Source of the DNA: Solirubrobacteraceae bacterium | GTDB taxonomy: Bacteria; Actinomycetota; Thermoleophilia; Solirubrobacterales; Solirubrobacteraceae | Assembly (NCBI GenBank): GCA_036271655.1 | Contig: DATBAE010000027.1 | Coordinates: 23,411-87,410 of the forward strand | Length of the DNA stretch: 64,000 nt | Reading direction: 5' to 3' | In this document: piece after piece, positions 19,272-28,267 of the stretch | Layout: each line of letters begins with the position of its first letter | Position numbering within the stretch: position 1 is the first letter of the stretch | Made by a program: the position numbers and the translations under genes | Notes under the pieces: model-generated | Databases searched by the model: none | The model's input: the letters and a program-made list of their open reading frames with translations, nothing else | What the model was told of the DNA's origin: nothing

Positions 19272-19739
19272 CTATGTCGGGCAGCTCGCCTCGCGTCCGA
19301 TCGGAGCCGTCACGCGCAGCAGCGTAACGGCCATCCCGGAGAGCACGTTCCCGGTCCGGCGGACGAGCACGCACTGCACCGTCGTGAGCCGGCCGGTCGT
19401 GAACCAGACGACGCGCGTGAACTTCGTACGGGAGCGCAGGGCATGCGCCGTCTGCGACTCGTAGAGCGGGATCTTCAGCTCGCCGTGGCCGCGCAGGCGC
19501 GCGGCGTTGGCCCGCACGATCGCCTGGCAGCCGGCGTCCCGGCAATCCGTCAGGTCGTGCTCCATCGCGGCCGCGTCGCCGCGCTCCTGGGCACGCAGCA
19601 GCTCGACGACCTTGCCCCGCTCGACCGTGTCGTTGTTGAGCCAGCGACCGACGACGAAGCTGATGCCGACGAGAGCCACGATGGCCACGGAGATGATCCC
19701 GATGCGCTTCACGCGCCCATTCTCACGACCGCGCGCCAC
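19272..19739 (-). CDS. hypothetical membrane-anchored protein (155 aa)
   Basis: N-terminal TM helix IGIISVAIVALVGISFVV, then a varied-composition domain containing several Cys. Confidence 0.65.
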   Translation of the reverse strand: MARGRENGRVKRIGIISVAIVALVGISFVVGRWLNNDTVERGKVVELLRAQERGDAAAMEHDLTDCRDAGCQAIVRANAARLRGHGELKIPLYESQTAHALRSRTKFTRVVWFTTGRLTTVQCVLVRRTGNVLSGMAVTLLRVTAPIGREASCPT

Positions 19740-19789
19740 GGCCGCGTCAGCGGTGCCGGCTGGGTCCGGCCGACGGGCTCTGCCGGCGG

Positions 19790-20488
19790 TCAGCCGGCCG
19801 GATGGAAGTCGTCGCCGTTGAGCTCGAGGAAGCGCATCACCGAGGCGTCCTGGTGGTCGAGCCGCAGCGCGGTGCGGCGAGCGTGCAGCGCGGCTCGCTC
19901 CTCGAAGTCCTCGAGGCAGCGCTCGGGATCGTCGGACAGCGGATACACGTGCGCGAGATCCTGCTGCGCGCAGACGATGCCGAGCGGCGGCGATCCCTCG
20001 GCGAGCGTGCGGGCGCCGCAGACTGCCGCGACAAGCATGCGCCGCTCCGGCGCCGACAGCGCGACCGGCATCAGCCGGTGTGCCGGCAACTTGACGCCGA
20101 GCTCGATCGAGCGATCGATCCCCACGTCACCGCCGGTGGCGGCGGCGAGCGGTCCCGCCCAGACGGCGAGGACGGTATCGGCAGCGACGATCGCGTCGCG
20201 CAGCGCGCGCGCCTGCGCCGCGTAGAGCTCCTCGGCCTCGCGGCGGGAGCCGGCGTCGGCGAGGTCCAGGTCGCAGGGCACCCGCAGCAGCTCCGAGGCG
20301 CCGACCGCCGAGCCAGGCACACGGCCACCGTGGGCGACGTACGTCTGCAGCGTTCCGAGATCGCGACGGCCGTGGAAGATCACCGTCAGCGCCTCTGACA
20401 GCGGGAGGTCCGAGACCTTCAGAGCAACAGCCGCGCCCGCCTCGGCGTCGAGGAGCGCGCGTTGGAGCAGATCGTCTGCGTCGGTCAT
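19790..20488 (-). CDS. hypothetical protein (232 aa), no recognisable family
   Basis: ATG at 20488 (MTDADDLLQRALL...). The composition is protein-like throughout. Confidence 0.65.
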   Translation of the reverse strand: MTDADDLLQRALLDAEAGAAVALKVSDLPLSEALTVIFHGRRDLGTLQTYVAHGGRVPGSAVGASELLRVPCDLDLADAGSRREAEELYAAQARALRDAIVAADTVLAVWAGPLAAATGGDVGIDRSIELGVKLPAHRLMPVALSAPERRMLVAAVCGARTLAEGSPPLGIVCAQQDLAHVYPLSDDPERCLEDFEERAALHARRTALRLDHQDASVMRFLELNGDDFHPAG

Positions 20489-20543
20489 GTCAGCGTCCTT
20501 GGTTTCGGACTCATGGTGACGCCTCGGGGGTACCCTGGCAACC

Positions 20544-20819
20544 ATGAAGATTCTCTACAAGCCCTTCGGGATCGTTGTCGGCATCCTGGCCGGATTCCTT
20601 GCGCGCAAGGCGTTCGACGAGGTGTGGGGCCACATCGACGATCGCGAGCCGCCGAGCCCGACGACGCAGGAGTCCACGTGGGTCAAGGTGCTTGGCGCAG
20701 CGGCGATCCAGGGCGCGACGTTCTCGGTCACGAAGGCGGCAGTCAACCGCAGCGGAGCCAAGGGCTTCCACTGGCTGACGGGCATCTGGCCCGGGGAGCG
20801 CGTCGCCGACAAGGACTAG
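20544..20819 (+). CDS. DUF4235-like small membrane-associated protein
   Basis: MKILYKPFGIVVGILAGFLARKAFDEVW matches my recollection of the DUF4235 N-terminal signature common in actinobacteria. Confidence 0.7.
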   Translation: MKILYKPFGIVVGILAGFLARKAFDEVWGHIDDREPPSPTTQESTWVKVLGAAAIQGATFSVTKAAVNRSGAKGFHWLTGIWPGERVADKD

Positions 20820-20853
20820 CCGGGCGACAGCGGGCGAGCTCGCTGTCGCCCGG
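20820..20853. terminator. perfect 13-bp stem hairpin between convergent genes
   Basis: CCGGGCGACAGCG-ggcgagct-CGCTGTCGCCCGG begins immediately after the TAG at 20817-20819. Confidence 0.5.
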
Positions 20854-20876
20854 CCCACGATCCGGCCCGCGGCCCC

Positions 20877-21182
20877 TTACGCGCGCAGGATGTATCCACG
20901 CTCGGCGAGGATCCCGAGATCGTCCTCGAAGGCCTCGAAATCGCGGCTGCTGAGGTGCTCGAAGGGCACCCCGTTCGGTCCCTTGCGCCGCAACCAGGCG
21001 CGCAGCGTCTGCGGGCCGACGCGTTCGGCCGCCTCGTCCGTGAGCGCCAGCAGGATCGCCAGCTCGGGGCGATGCTCGAGCTCGTCCGTGATCACGGCGA
21101 GCGGATCGACCGCGAGGACGGTGCAGAGCTCGTCGTCGGACAGGCCGAGGCGCTCCATCAGCGCGAACGCGTCGGTCGTCAT
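20877..21182 (-). CDS. hypothetical protein, weakly DUF2384 / Xre-MbcA-ParS antitoxin C-terminal-like
   Basis: 101 aa. The segment LRAWLRRKGPNGVPFEHLSSRDFEAFEDDLGILAERGY resembles the WL..pn..l.g..P motif of that domain. No partner toxin is adjacent. Confidence 0.55.
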   Translation of the reverse strand: MTTDAFALMERLGLSDDELCTVLAVDPLAVITDELEHRPELAILLALTDEAAERVGPQTLRAWLRRKGPNGVPFEHLSSRDFEAFEDDLGILAERGYILRA

Positions 21183-21464
21183 GCCCCCGCCATCGTGGAC
21201 GTCAACACGCTCGTGCGTGATGAAACCGGATGCGAGGCCGCCGGGAGCGGCGATCAGCGGCGAGGCTCAAGGCTCCGGGCTTCACGCCATCCGCCCAGCA
21301 CCGCCCGCACCAGGCTCTGTCCGAGCGTCCGACGCCAACGCTCTGCGAGCGCCCAGCGCTTGATGAAGCCCGCCTTGCCTTCGTCGGCCGATGAAGTCGC
21401 GACGGCTGCTGATGAGATTGGCATCCAGCGACACTGCCACTTGAGCGCCGTCCGTCAAGCCGAC

Positions 21465-21480
21465 CCCCCCAACCGGGGGG
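21465..21480 (-). terminator. C6-N4-G6 hairpin about 70 nt downstream of prs
   Basis: CCCCCC-aacc-GGGGGG read directly. No U-tract follows it. Confidence 0.25.
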
Positions 21481-21551
21481 TGTGCGTCGGTGCGGCGACG
21501 ACGTGCGCTGCGGCGCCGAACTCCCGCTAGCCAGCAACGACGGGCCAGTGC

Positions 21552-22574
21552 TCAGAAGAGCTGGTTCTCGCCGCCGAAGACCTCGCTCACCGAGCGATCC
21601 GAGAAGATGCTCCGGATCGAGTCGGTCAGCAGCTCGGCGCAGGACAGGACCTTGAGGTTGTCCGGGGCCCCCGGGCGCAGCGGGATCGTGTCGGTGACGA
21701 CGATCTGCTCGAAGCCTGCGTCGACGAGGTTCTCGAAGGCGTTGCCGCTCAGCACAGGGTGCGTCGCGGCGGCGTAGACGGCGCGCGCGCCCGCGTCGAG
21801 GACCGTCTGGCTGGCAACCTTGAGCGTGCTCGCCGTGTCGATGATGTCGTCGACGATGACGGCGGTCTTGCCCTTGACGTCGCCGATCACGTAGCCGATC
21901 TCAGCGACCTGCTGGGCCGGCCGCTCCTTGTCGAGGATCGCGAGGTCGGCGCCGAGCTTGGAGGCGAACTTCTTGTTGAGCTTCACGCGGCCGGCGTCCG
22001 GGGCGACGACGACGAGGTCCTGCAGGCCGAGGTCGCGGAAGTACTGCGTGAGGATGAAGAGCGCCGTCATGTGATCGACGGGCTTGGAGAAGAAGCCCTG
22101 GATCTGGCCGGCGTGGAGGTCCATCGTCAGGACCCGGTCGGCGCCGGCCCGCTCGAGCATGCGCGCGACGAGGCGCGCGGAGATCGGCTCGCGCGGGGCG
22201 GACTTCTTGTCCTGACGGCTGTAGCCGAACCACGGCGTGACCGCGATGACGCGGTGCGCGCTGGCGCCGACGGCGGCGTCGATCATGAGCAGCAGCTCCA
22301 TCAGCGCGTCGTTGGGCGTCATCCCGCTCGCGGCGTTGGCGCACATAGGCTGCACGATGAAGACGTCGGCGCCGCGGATCGACTCGTCGTAGCGGCAGTA
22401 CACCTCGCCGTTCGTGAACGTCTTGAGCGTCACAGGCCCGGGGGTCACACCGAGCTTGGCGCCGATCCTGGCAGCGAGGTCAGGGTTTGCACGCCCCGAG
22501 AACAGCATCAGGTTCTTGTCGTAGCCGAGCTCGAGGCGAGTCGATGGCTCCGGCTGCGGCTGGGCCGTTGTCAT
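21552..22574 (-). CDS. prs: ribose-phosphate pyrophosphokinase
   Basis: NLMLFSGRANPDLAARIGAKLGV..., PYFGYSRQDKK-like WFGYSRQDKK, and DLHAGQIQGFF. ATG 22574 was chosen because the longer ORF runs into glmU. Confidence 0.95.
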   Translation of the reverse strand: MTTAQPQPEPSTRLELGYDKNLMLFSGRANPDLAARIGAKLGVTPGPVTLKTFTNGEVYCRYDESIRGADVFIVQPMCANAASGMTPNDALMELLLMIDAAVGASAHRVIAVTPWFGYSRQDKKSAPREPISARLVARMLERAGADRVLTMDLHAGQIQGFFSKPVDHMTALFILTQYFRDLGLQDLVVVAPDAGRVKLNKKFASKLGADLAILDKERPAQQVAEIGYVIGDVKGKTAVIVDDIIDTASTLKVASQTVLDAGARAVYAAATHPVLSGNAFENLVDAGFEQIVVTDTIPLRPGAPDNLKVLSCAELLTDSIRSIFSDRSVSEVFGGENQLF

Positions 22575-22584
22575 CGCGTCCAGC

Positions 22585-23973
22585 TTAGGGGTTGTCCCGG
22601 CGCTTGCGGTTCGCGTAGCCCTCGTGGTTGACCTGCCGCTCGCGCGCGATCCCGAGCGCACCGGGCGGCACCTCCTTCGTGATCGCCGAGTTCGCGCCGG
22701 TGTAGGCGTCGTCGCCCAGCGCGACCGGGGCCACGAGCGTCGTGTCCACACCGGTACGGACGCGGTGGCCGATCGTCGTACGGTGCTTCTTGAAGCCGTC
22801 GTAGTTGGCGGTGATCGTCGCCGCGCCGAGATTCGAACCCTCGCCGATGTCAGCGTCGCCGATGTAGGACAGGTGCGGGACCTTGCTGCCCTTGCCGACA
22901 TCGGAGTTCTTGATCTCGACGAACGTCCCCGCCTTCGAGCCTTCCCTGAGGATCGTGCCGGGACGCAGGTAGGCGAACGGCCCCACGGTCGCCCGGTCGC
23001 AGACCTCGGCGCCGACGACGTACGAGTGCGGGATCGTGACGCCGTCGTGCAGCGTCGCGTCGATCAGGGTCGTCAGCGGCCCGACCGTGCAGCCGCGGCC
23101 GATGCTCGTGACGCCGCGCACATAGCTGCTCGGCTCGATCACCGTGTCCTCCCCGATCGCCACACCGACCTCGATCAGCGTCGAGGCGGGGTCGACGATC
23201 GTGACGCCGGCGCGACCGTGCGCGTCGTGGATGCGCTGCTGGGCGATCGCGCGCACCTGCGCGAGCTGGACACGGTCGTTGACGCCGCGCGCCATGTCGG
23301 GGTCGTCGAGCACGTGGGCCTTCACGGTGTGGCCGGCCGCGCGCAGCGCCGGCAGCACGTCAGGCAGGTAGAGCTCGCCTTGGGCGTTGTCGGTCTGGAG
23401 CGTCTGCAGCACGGCCAGCAGCGCGGCACCGTCGAACGCGAAGATCGAGCTGTTGACCTCGTCGATCGCGAGCTGCTCGGCGTTCGCGTCACCGGCGGCC
23501 TTCGTCTCGACGACGCGCTCGACGTCACCGGCGGCGTCCCGCACGACGCGGCCGTACCCCGTCGGGTCGTCGAGGATCATCGTCGCCATCGTCGCGGCGG
23601 CGCCGGCCTGCGTGTGCGCCGCGACGAGCTGAGCGATCGCCTCGGCGGTGACGAGCGGTGCATCGCCCGGCAGGACGACGACCGTCGCCTGCGGATCGAT
23701 CTGCGCGGCGGCGGCCTGGACGGCGCCACCGGTCCCGTTCGCGATCGGCTGGACGGCGCTCGTCACGCCCTTCGGCAACTGACCATCGAGCGTGTTGGCG
23801 GGCGAGTCGACGACGACGATCGAGTCAGCACCGGCGGCGAGCGCCGCAGCGATCGGCCAGCCGACGAGTGCGCGTCCGCACACCGGATGCAGCATCTTTG
23901 GAAGCGTCGAGCGCATCCGCGTGCCCTGACCGGCGGCGAGGATGACTGCGGTGAGGGCGGGCATGCGGGCCAT
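22585..23973 (-). CDS. glmU: bifunctional UDP-N-acetylglucosamine pyrophosphorylase / glucosamine-1-phosphate N-acetyltransferase
   Basis: ILAAGQGTRMRSTLPKMLHPVCGRALVGW, plus a C-terminal left-handed beta-helix of hexapeptide repeats. Confidence 0.96.
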   Translation of the reverse strand: MARMPALTAVILAAGQGTRMRSTLPKMLHPVCGRALVGWPIAAALAAGADSIVVVDSPANTLDGQLPKGVTSAVQPIANGTGGAVQAAAAQIDPQATVVVLPGDAPLVTAEAIAQLVAAHTQAGAAATMATMILDDPTGYGRVVRDAAGDVERVVETKAAGDANAEQLAIDEVNSSIFAFDGAALLAVLQTLQTDNAQGELYLPDVLPALRAAGHTVKAHVLDDPDMARGVNDRVQLAQVRAIAQQRIHDAHGRAGVTIVDPASTLIEVGVAIGEDTVIEPSSYVRGVTSIGRGCTVGPLTTLIDATLHDGVTIPHSYVVGAEVCDRATVGPFAYLRPGTILREGSKAGTFVEIKNSDVGKGSKVPHLSYIGDADIGEGSNLGAATITANYDGFKKHRTTIGHRVRTGVDTTLVAPVALGDDAYTGANSAITKEVPPGALGIARERQVNHEGYANRKRRDNP

Positions 23974-24013
23974 CCTAGGGCTAGTCTTGGCACGGACCTC
24001 TCGTCCAATTTAC

Positions 24014-24084
24014 TGGGGAGTGGTGTAACGGCAGCACAGGGCTCTTTGGAAGCTCTAGCCCAGGTTCGAATCCTGGCTCCCCAG
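24014..24084 (+). tRNA. tRNA-Gln (anticodon TTG)
   Basis: Acceptor TGGGGAG/CTCCCCA, anticodon stem GGGCT/AGCTC with loop CTTTGGA, T-arm CCAGG-TTCGAAT-CCTGG, discriminator G. Confidence 0.88.
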
Positions 24085-24105
24085 CTGGCCGTCGTTCGTG
24101 CGGGC

Positions 24106-24900
24106 TCAGTCGAAGCGGAAGAACGTGCCCGTCTGCTCGAGCTTGTCGGGCTCGATCTTCGGCACGGCGGCAGCGAGCGTGGAAGCGAATGTGTCGCCGC
24201 TGGCGCCGATCAGGCGGATCAGCTCGTCGACCGGCGTCGCCTCGGCCTTGACGCCGTTGGCGTAGTCCGTCGCGTAGCCGAGCAGCGCATACGGGATCTC
24301 GGCTTCACCGGCGAGCACCGTCTCCGGCCCCGCGGTCTGGCTGACGACGGTCACGCCGCAGTTCTGGAGCATGCGGATCTCGGTCTTCGTGTTGAAGCGC
24401 GGGCCGTCGACGTGGCCGTAGCATCCGCCGTCGATCGCGTAGTGGTCGGCCTCGGCGGCCCCCGCCAGCAGGACCTCGCGCAGATGCTGCGCGAACGGCC
24501 GCTCGTAGATCCAGTGACCGCGGCCCTGCTCGCCGGCCTCCGTGTACAGCGTGCAGATCGATCCGTCCGGCAAGCGGTTGGCGAGAAAGTAGAGATCGTC
24601 GAAGACGACGAGGCTGCCCAGCGACATGCTGGCGTCGAGCGTCCCGCAGACCGTCACCGACAGGATCGCGTCGGCACCGCGCTCCTTGAAGGCGGCGATG
24701 TTCGCCTGGTGGGTCACCATGCTTGACAGCAGCTCGTGGCCGGGCCGATGGCGCGAGATGTGCAGCACGTCGACGCCCGCGAAGCGACCGCTCGTGACCG
24801 GCGCCGCACCGTAGCGTGTCTGCACGAGCTCGGGCTCGCCATCAGCCTCGAGGCCCGGCAACGCGTACGTCCCCGACCCCGTGAGAATCCCGATCCGCAT
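24106..24900 (-). CDS. S-methyl-5'-thioadenosine / purine nucleoside phosphorylase family protein
   Basis: MRIGILTGSGTY..., ...ISRHRPGHE..., VVSQTAGPETVLAGEAEIPYALLGYATDYANG. Confidence 0.85.
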   Translation of the reverse strand: MRIGILTGSGTYALPGLEADGEPELVQTRYGAAPVTSGRFAGVDVLHISRHRPGHELLSSMVTHQANIAAFKERGADAILSVTVCGTLDASMSLGSLVVFDDLYFLANRLPDGSICTLYTEAGEQGRGHWIYERPFAQHLREVLLAGAAEADHYAIDGGCYGHVDGPRFNTKTEIRMLQNCGVTVVSQTAGPETVLAGEAEIPYALLGYATDYANGVKAEATPVDELIRLIGASGDTFASTLAAAVPKIEPDKLEQTGTFFRFD

Positions 24901-24961
24901 CAGTTGCCCCCTTGTGAGCACGCACACCGCCAGCCGGCGATGGCGGATCGTAGTTGACGGG

Positions 24962-26191
24962 TTAGCGGTGCGGGACGCGGCCGGCGCCGGTCCCAGGCTC
25001 CGTCGCGGGCCCGCCGGGCGCGGTGACGCCGAGCACGCGCATCGCCTTCAGCCCGAGTGAGAGCTTCTCGCGACCGTCCGTCGACCCGACGTCGAGGCCC
25101 GACAGCTCGCGCACGCGCTCGAGCCGATAGCGAATCGTGTGCCGGTGCGTGAAGAGCTTCTGCGCGGTTCCCGCGACGTTGCCGTCGTTGTCGAGGAACG
25201 CCTCGACGGTTCGCACGAGCTCGGTCTCATACTGCTCGTCGTAGGCGACGAGCGGCTCGACGGTCTCGGCGTAGAAGCGCTGCAGCTCAGCCGGATCCTC
25301 GCTCATCGCCGACAGCAGCAGGCGATAGGCCCCGGTCTGCTCGAACGCCAGCAGCGGGCGCTCCTCGTCGCCCTCGGCGACGTTGACGGCGAGCAACGCC
25401 TCATTGCCGGCGCGATGCAAGTCGACGGGTTCGAGCGCCAACCGGCTGCGGCCGATTGCGAACGTGTGGCCGGGCAGCCCAGCCTGCAGCTCACGCAGGA
25501 CGCCCTCGGCGGCGCGCTTGGCCGTCGCGTCCTCGCCGGTCGGCACGAGCACGATGACCTCGGCTGCGCTCGTCTCGCGCTCTGCGGGCGCCGCGATCGA
25601 TGTCGGGACGACGGCGCGGGCGCCGCGCTCGGCGGTCGCGAGCACGCGGGCCCGCCAGCCCTCCTCGACGGGAACGTGAGCACGCGCGCGGGCGACGAGG
25701 ATCGTGCCACCCGCCAGCAGATCGATGCCGAGCTCGGCGGCGCGCGCCAGGAGCTCGGACCCGTCGGCGAGCTCGCGGGCCAGCACTGCGCGCAGGAACG
25801 CCGCACTCGCCTCCTGCGACGCGCGCGCCGGCGCCCGGACACGCTCGACCTCCGACGCGACGAGCGTCGTCACGAGGCGCACGAGCGCTGCGCCCGGCTG
25901 CGACCGCGCGCGCATGCGCAGCTGGCCGACCGGCGTGTCGGCGACGCGCAGCTCGATCGTCTCGACGCCGGCGGCGCCGTCGAGCAGCGAGCGCTCGTCG
26001 GCGGGCGACCGCGCCGCCACCGCGAGCACAGAGCCGGTCCTGTCGAGCAGCACGAGGCTCGCCGCGAGCGCCCGGGCCGCCGCACGCACGACATCGGGCA
26101 GACCTGCGCCCGACTCGACCGCCGCGGTGATCGCCTCGAGCGCGTCGAGATCAAGCTCGCCCGACCGTTCGACGGAAGTTGCCATCGTCAC
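24962..26191 (-). CDS. PucR/CdaR-family transcriptional regulator
   Basis: C-terminal PucR HTH: NVAGTAQKLFTHRHTIRYRLERVRELSGLD. Confidence 0.85.
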   Translation of the reverse strand: MTMATSVERSGELDLDALEAITAAVESGAGLPDVVRAAARALAASLVLLDRTGSVLAVAARSPADERSLLDGAAGVETIELRVADTPVGQLRMRARSQPGAALVRLVTTLVASEVERVRAPARASQEASAAFLRAVLARELADGSELLARAAELGIDLLAGGTILVARARAHVPVEEGWRARVLATAERGARAVVPTSIAAPAERETSAAEVIVLVPTGEDATAKRAAEGVLRELQAGLPGHTFAIGRSRLALEPVDLHRAGNEALLAVNVAEGDEERPLLAFEQTGAYRLLLSAMSEDPAELQRFYAETVEPLVAYDEQYETELVRTVEAFLDNDGNVAGTAQKLFTHRHTIRYRLERVRELSGLDVGSTDGREKLSLGLKAMRVLGVTAPGGPATEPGTGAGRVPHR

Positions 26192-26194
26192 AGG

Positions 26195-26419
26195 CTACGC
26201 CGCGATGCGATCCCAGTAGTACGCGAACACCGCTCCACCCGCCAGGCCGACGAGCATGAGGGCTGCAAGGACGTACAAGCTGAGGAATCCGGCGGCAATG
26301 CGCTCCCAGGTCTTGCTGTAGGCGTTCCACGCAGGCAAGGCGATGAACCAGACGAACGCGGCGAGCGCCAACACGCCACACGTGCCGGCGATCAGGATGG
26401 TCATCCCAGCATGCGTCAC
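26195..26419 (-). CDS. hypothetical small membrane protein (2 TM)
   Basis: 74 aa with two hydrophobic helices. Its stop is 4 nt from the start of the PucR gene. Confidence 0.55.
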   Translation of the reverse strand: MTHAGMTILIAGTCGVLALAAFVWFIALPAWNAYSKTWERIAAGFLSLYVLAALMLVGLAGGAVFAYYWDRIAA

Positions 26420-26501
26420 GACTGCTGATTGTGCCGTAGTGGTCCGCGTCGTGACGTGGGACTACCACCCAGTCGTCTATCGAGCGGCGTGATCCGATCG
26501 A

Positions 26502-27401
26502 TTATTCGAAGGGCCTCGTGATCGAGATCGGTCCCGCGGGACGGCTCAGGATGGGGGTCGGGGTGCGATCCTCACCGACGAGCGAGTCGCACACGCGGTG
26601 AGCTCGCTCCCGATGGCCGGCGCCGACGAACAGCGCCACGACGGTCGGGCCGGAGCCCGACACGAGCGCGTGATCGGCTCCGGCGGCGAGCGTCGCCTCG
26701 AGCGCCTTGTCGACGGCCGGGCACAGCGAGCGAGCGGCGTCCTGGAGGTCGTTGTGAACGCAGTCGAGGATCGTCTCGGCGGACAGCGCCGCCTGCGTTC
26801 GCGTGAGCGACCGGGCAAGGTCCAGCGGATCGCGCGGCAGGCCGAGCCGGTCGGCCTCGGCGTAGACCGCGGCGGCCGACAGCTCGGCGTCGACCGGAAC
26901 GACGACGACGCTATACGAGAGGCTCATGCTCAGCGGGCGTAGGCGGCTGCCGCTCCCGGTTGCAAGGACGAGGCCTCCGCGGACCTGACTAGCGACATCG
27001 GCCCCCAGTCCTGCGGCGATCTCCTCGAGCTCACGCCGGTCGCCTAGCCCGGAGGCCTCCGCGGCAAGCCGCAGCGCGGCCGCGGCATCGGCGGACCCGC
27101 CGGCCATGCCGCCGGCGATTGGGATCCGCTTGTCGATCTCCAGGCGCACCGGCGGGCCGTCCCAGCCCGTCGTGTCACGGAATGCGCGCAACGCTGCCGC
27201 GGCAAGGTTCGGCCCGGGGACTGCGGGACAGACGACCTCGTCGACGAGGAGGCCGGGCGCGGACGTCTCCATCCGCACGTCGTCGCACAGCGTAAGCGAG
27301 TCCATCAGCGTGACGACCTCGTGCTGTCCGTCCGTGCGTACCGGACCGATGAACAGGCAGAGGTTGATCTTCGCGCGCGCCGGCGTCGTGAGGACCGTCA
27401 T
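26502..27401 (-). CDS. ispE: 4-diphosphocytidyl-2-C-methyl-D-erythritol kinase
   Basis: AKINLCLFIGPVRTDGQHEV and IPIAGGMAGGSADAAAALR (GHMP kinase motif). ATGA overlap with rsmA. Confidence 0.93.
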   Translation of the reverse strand: MTVLTTPARAKINLCLFIGPVRTDGQHEVVTLMDSLTLCDDVRMETSAPGLLVDEVVCPAVPGPNLAAAALRAFRDTTGWDGPPVRLEIDKRIPIAGGMAGGSADAAAALRLAAEASGLGDRRELEEIAAGLGADVASQVRGGLVLATGSGSRLRPLSMSLSYSVVVVPVDAELSAAAVYAEADRLGLPRDPLDLARSLTRTQAALSAETILDCVHNDLQDAARSLCPAVDKALEATLAAGADHALVSGSGPTVVALFVGAGHRERAHRVCDSLVGEDRTPTPILSRPAGPISITRPFE

Positions 27402-28267
27402 GCGCGCAAGCTTTCGTGCAGCGCGCGAAAGTCCTGCGGCGACAGCCGCTCGGCACGGACATCGGGCGGGTGTCCGAGCTCGCCGAGCGCGGCGCGAGCA
27501 CGTGCCCGGACGTCGGGCGAGGCGCCGGGCGCGAGCGCCAGCGAGCCCGCCAGCGCCTTGCGCCGGTGGGCGAACGCAGCGGCCACGAGCTCGCGCAGCT
27601 CGCGCTCCGGCGCGGGGCCGGTGCGCTCGAGCCCGATCAGCACCGAGTCGACGTTCGGGACCGGCGTGAACACCGAACGCGACACGGCGCGCAGCACCTG
27701 CACGTCGCAGCACAGCTGCGCGAGCACCGACGGCAGCCCGTAGGCACTCGTGCCGGGCGCCGCGGCGAAGCGCTCGCCGACCTCCTTCTGCACCATCCCG
27801 ACCCAGCGTCGCACCCCGTCGAGCTCCTCGATCGTGCGCAGGATCGCCCCCGCCGCGATGCCGTACGGCAGGTTGGCCACGACCTTCGTCGGCGCCGGCT
27901 GCAGCACGCGCAGATCGAGCTTCATCGCGTCGGCGATGTGCAGCGTGACGTTCGCGAAGCCGTCGGTCGCATCGCGCAGCGCAGCTTCGAGGCCGCGATC
28001 GAGCTCGACGACGTGGACGTGCGCGACGCGCGGCGCCAGGTGCTCCGAGAGGACCCCGAGCCCGCCGCCGATCTCGAGCACGACGTCGTCGCCGCCGAGA
28101 TGGGCCTCGCGCTCGATGACGCCGAGGATGTTCGAGTCGATCAGGAAGTTCTGTCCCAGGTCTCGCTTCGGGCGCACGCCGAAGGCGCGCATGCGGCGCA
28201 GGCTCGGCTGGGTCGGCTCTGCCGGCTCGGCGGACTCGGGCTCGGTTGCCTTGCCGGCGCTCACCAT
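27398..28267 (-). CDS. rsmA: 16S rRNA (adenine1518/1519-N6)-dimethyltransferase
   Basis: GQNFLIDSNILGVI, VLEIGGGLGVLSE and NLPYGIA. ATG 28267 overlaps the tatD stop by 7 nt. Confidence 0.93.
   Translation of the reverse strand: MVSAGKATEPESAEPAEPTQPSLRRMRAFGVRPKRDLGQNFLIDSNILGVIEREAHLGGDDVVLEIGGGLGVLSEHLAPRVAHVHVVELDRGLEAALRDATDGFANVTLHIADAMKLDLRVLQPAPTKVVANLPYGIAAGAILRTIEELDGVRRWVGMVQKEVGERFAAAPGTSAYGLPSVLAQLCCDVQVLRAVSRSVFTPVPNVDSVLIGLERTGPAPERELRELVAAAFAHRRKALAGSLALAPGASPDVRARARAALGELGHPPDVRAERLSPQDFRALHESLRA

Noticed and set aside
19790-20488. 232-aa hypothetical protein as the missing RES-type toxin for the DUF2384-like gene
   Set aside because: The segment HGGRVPGSAVGASELL only superficially recalls the RES-domain GRxN...E pattern. 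An oppositely oriented gene separates the two ORFs, which is not a TA arrangement.
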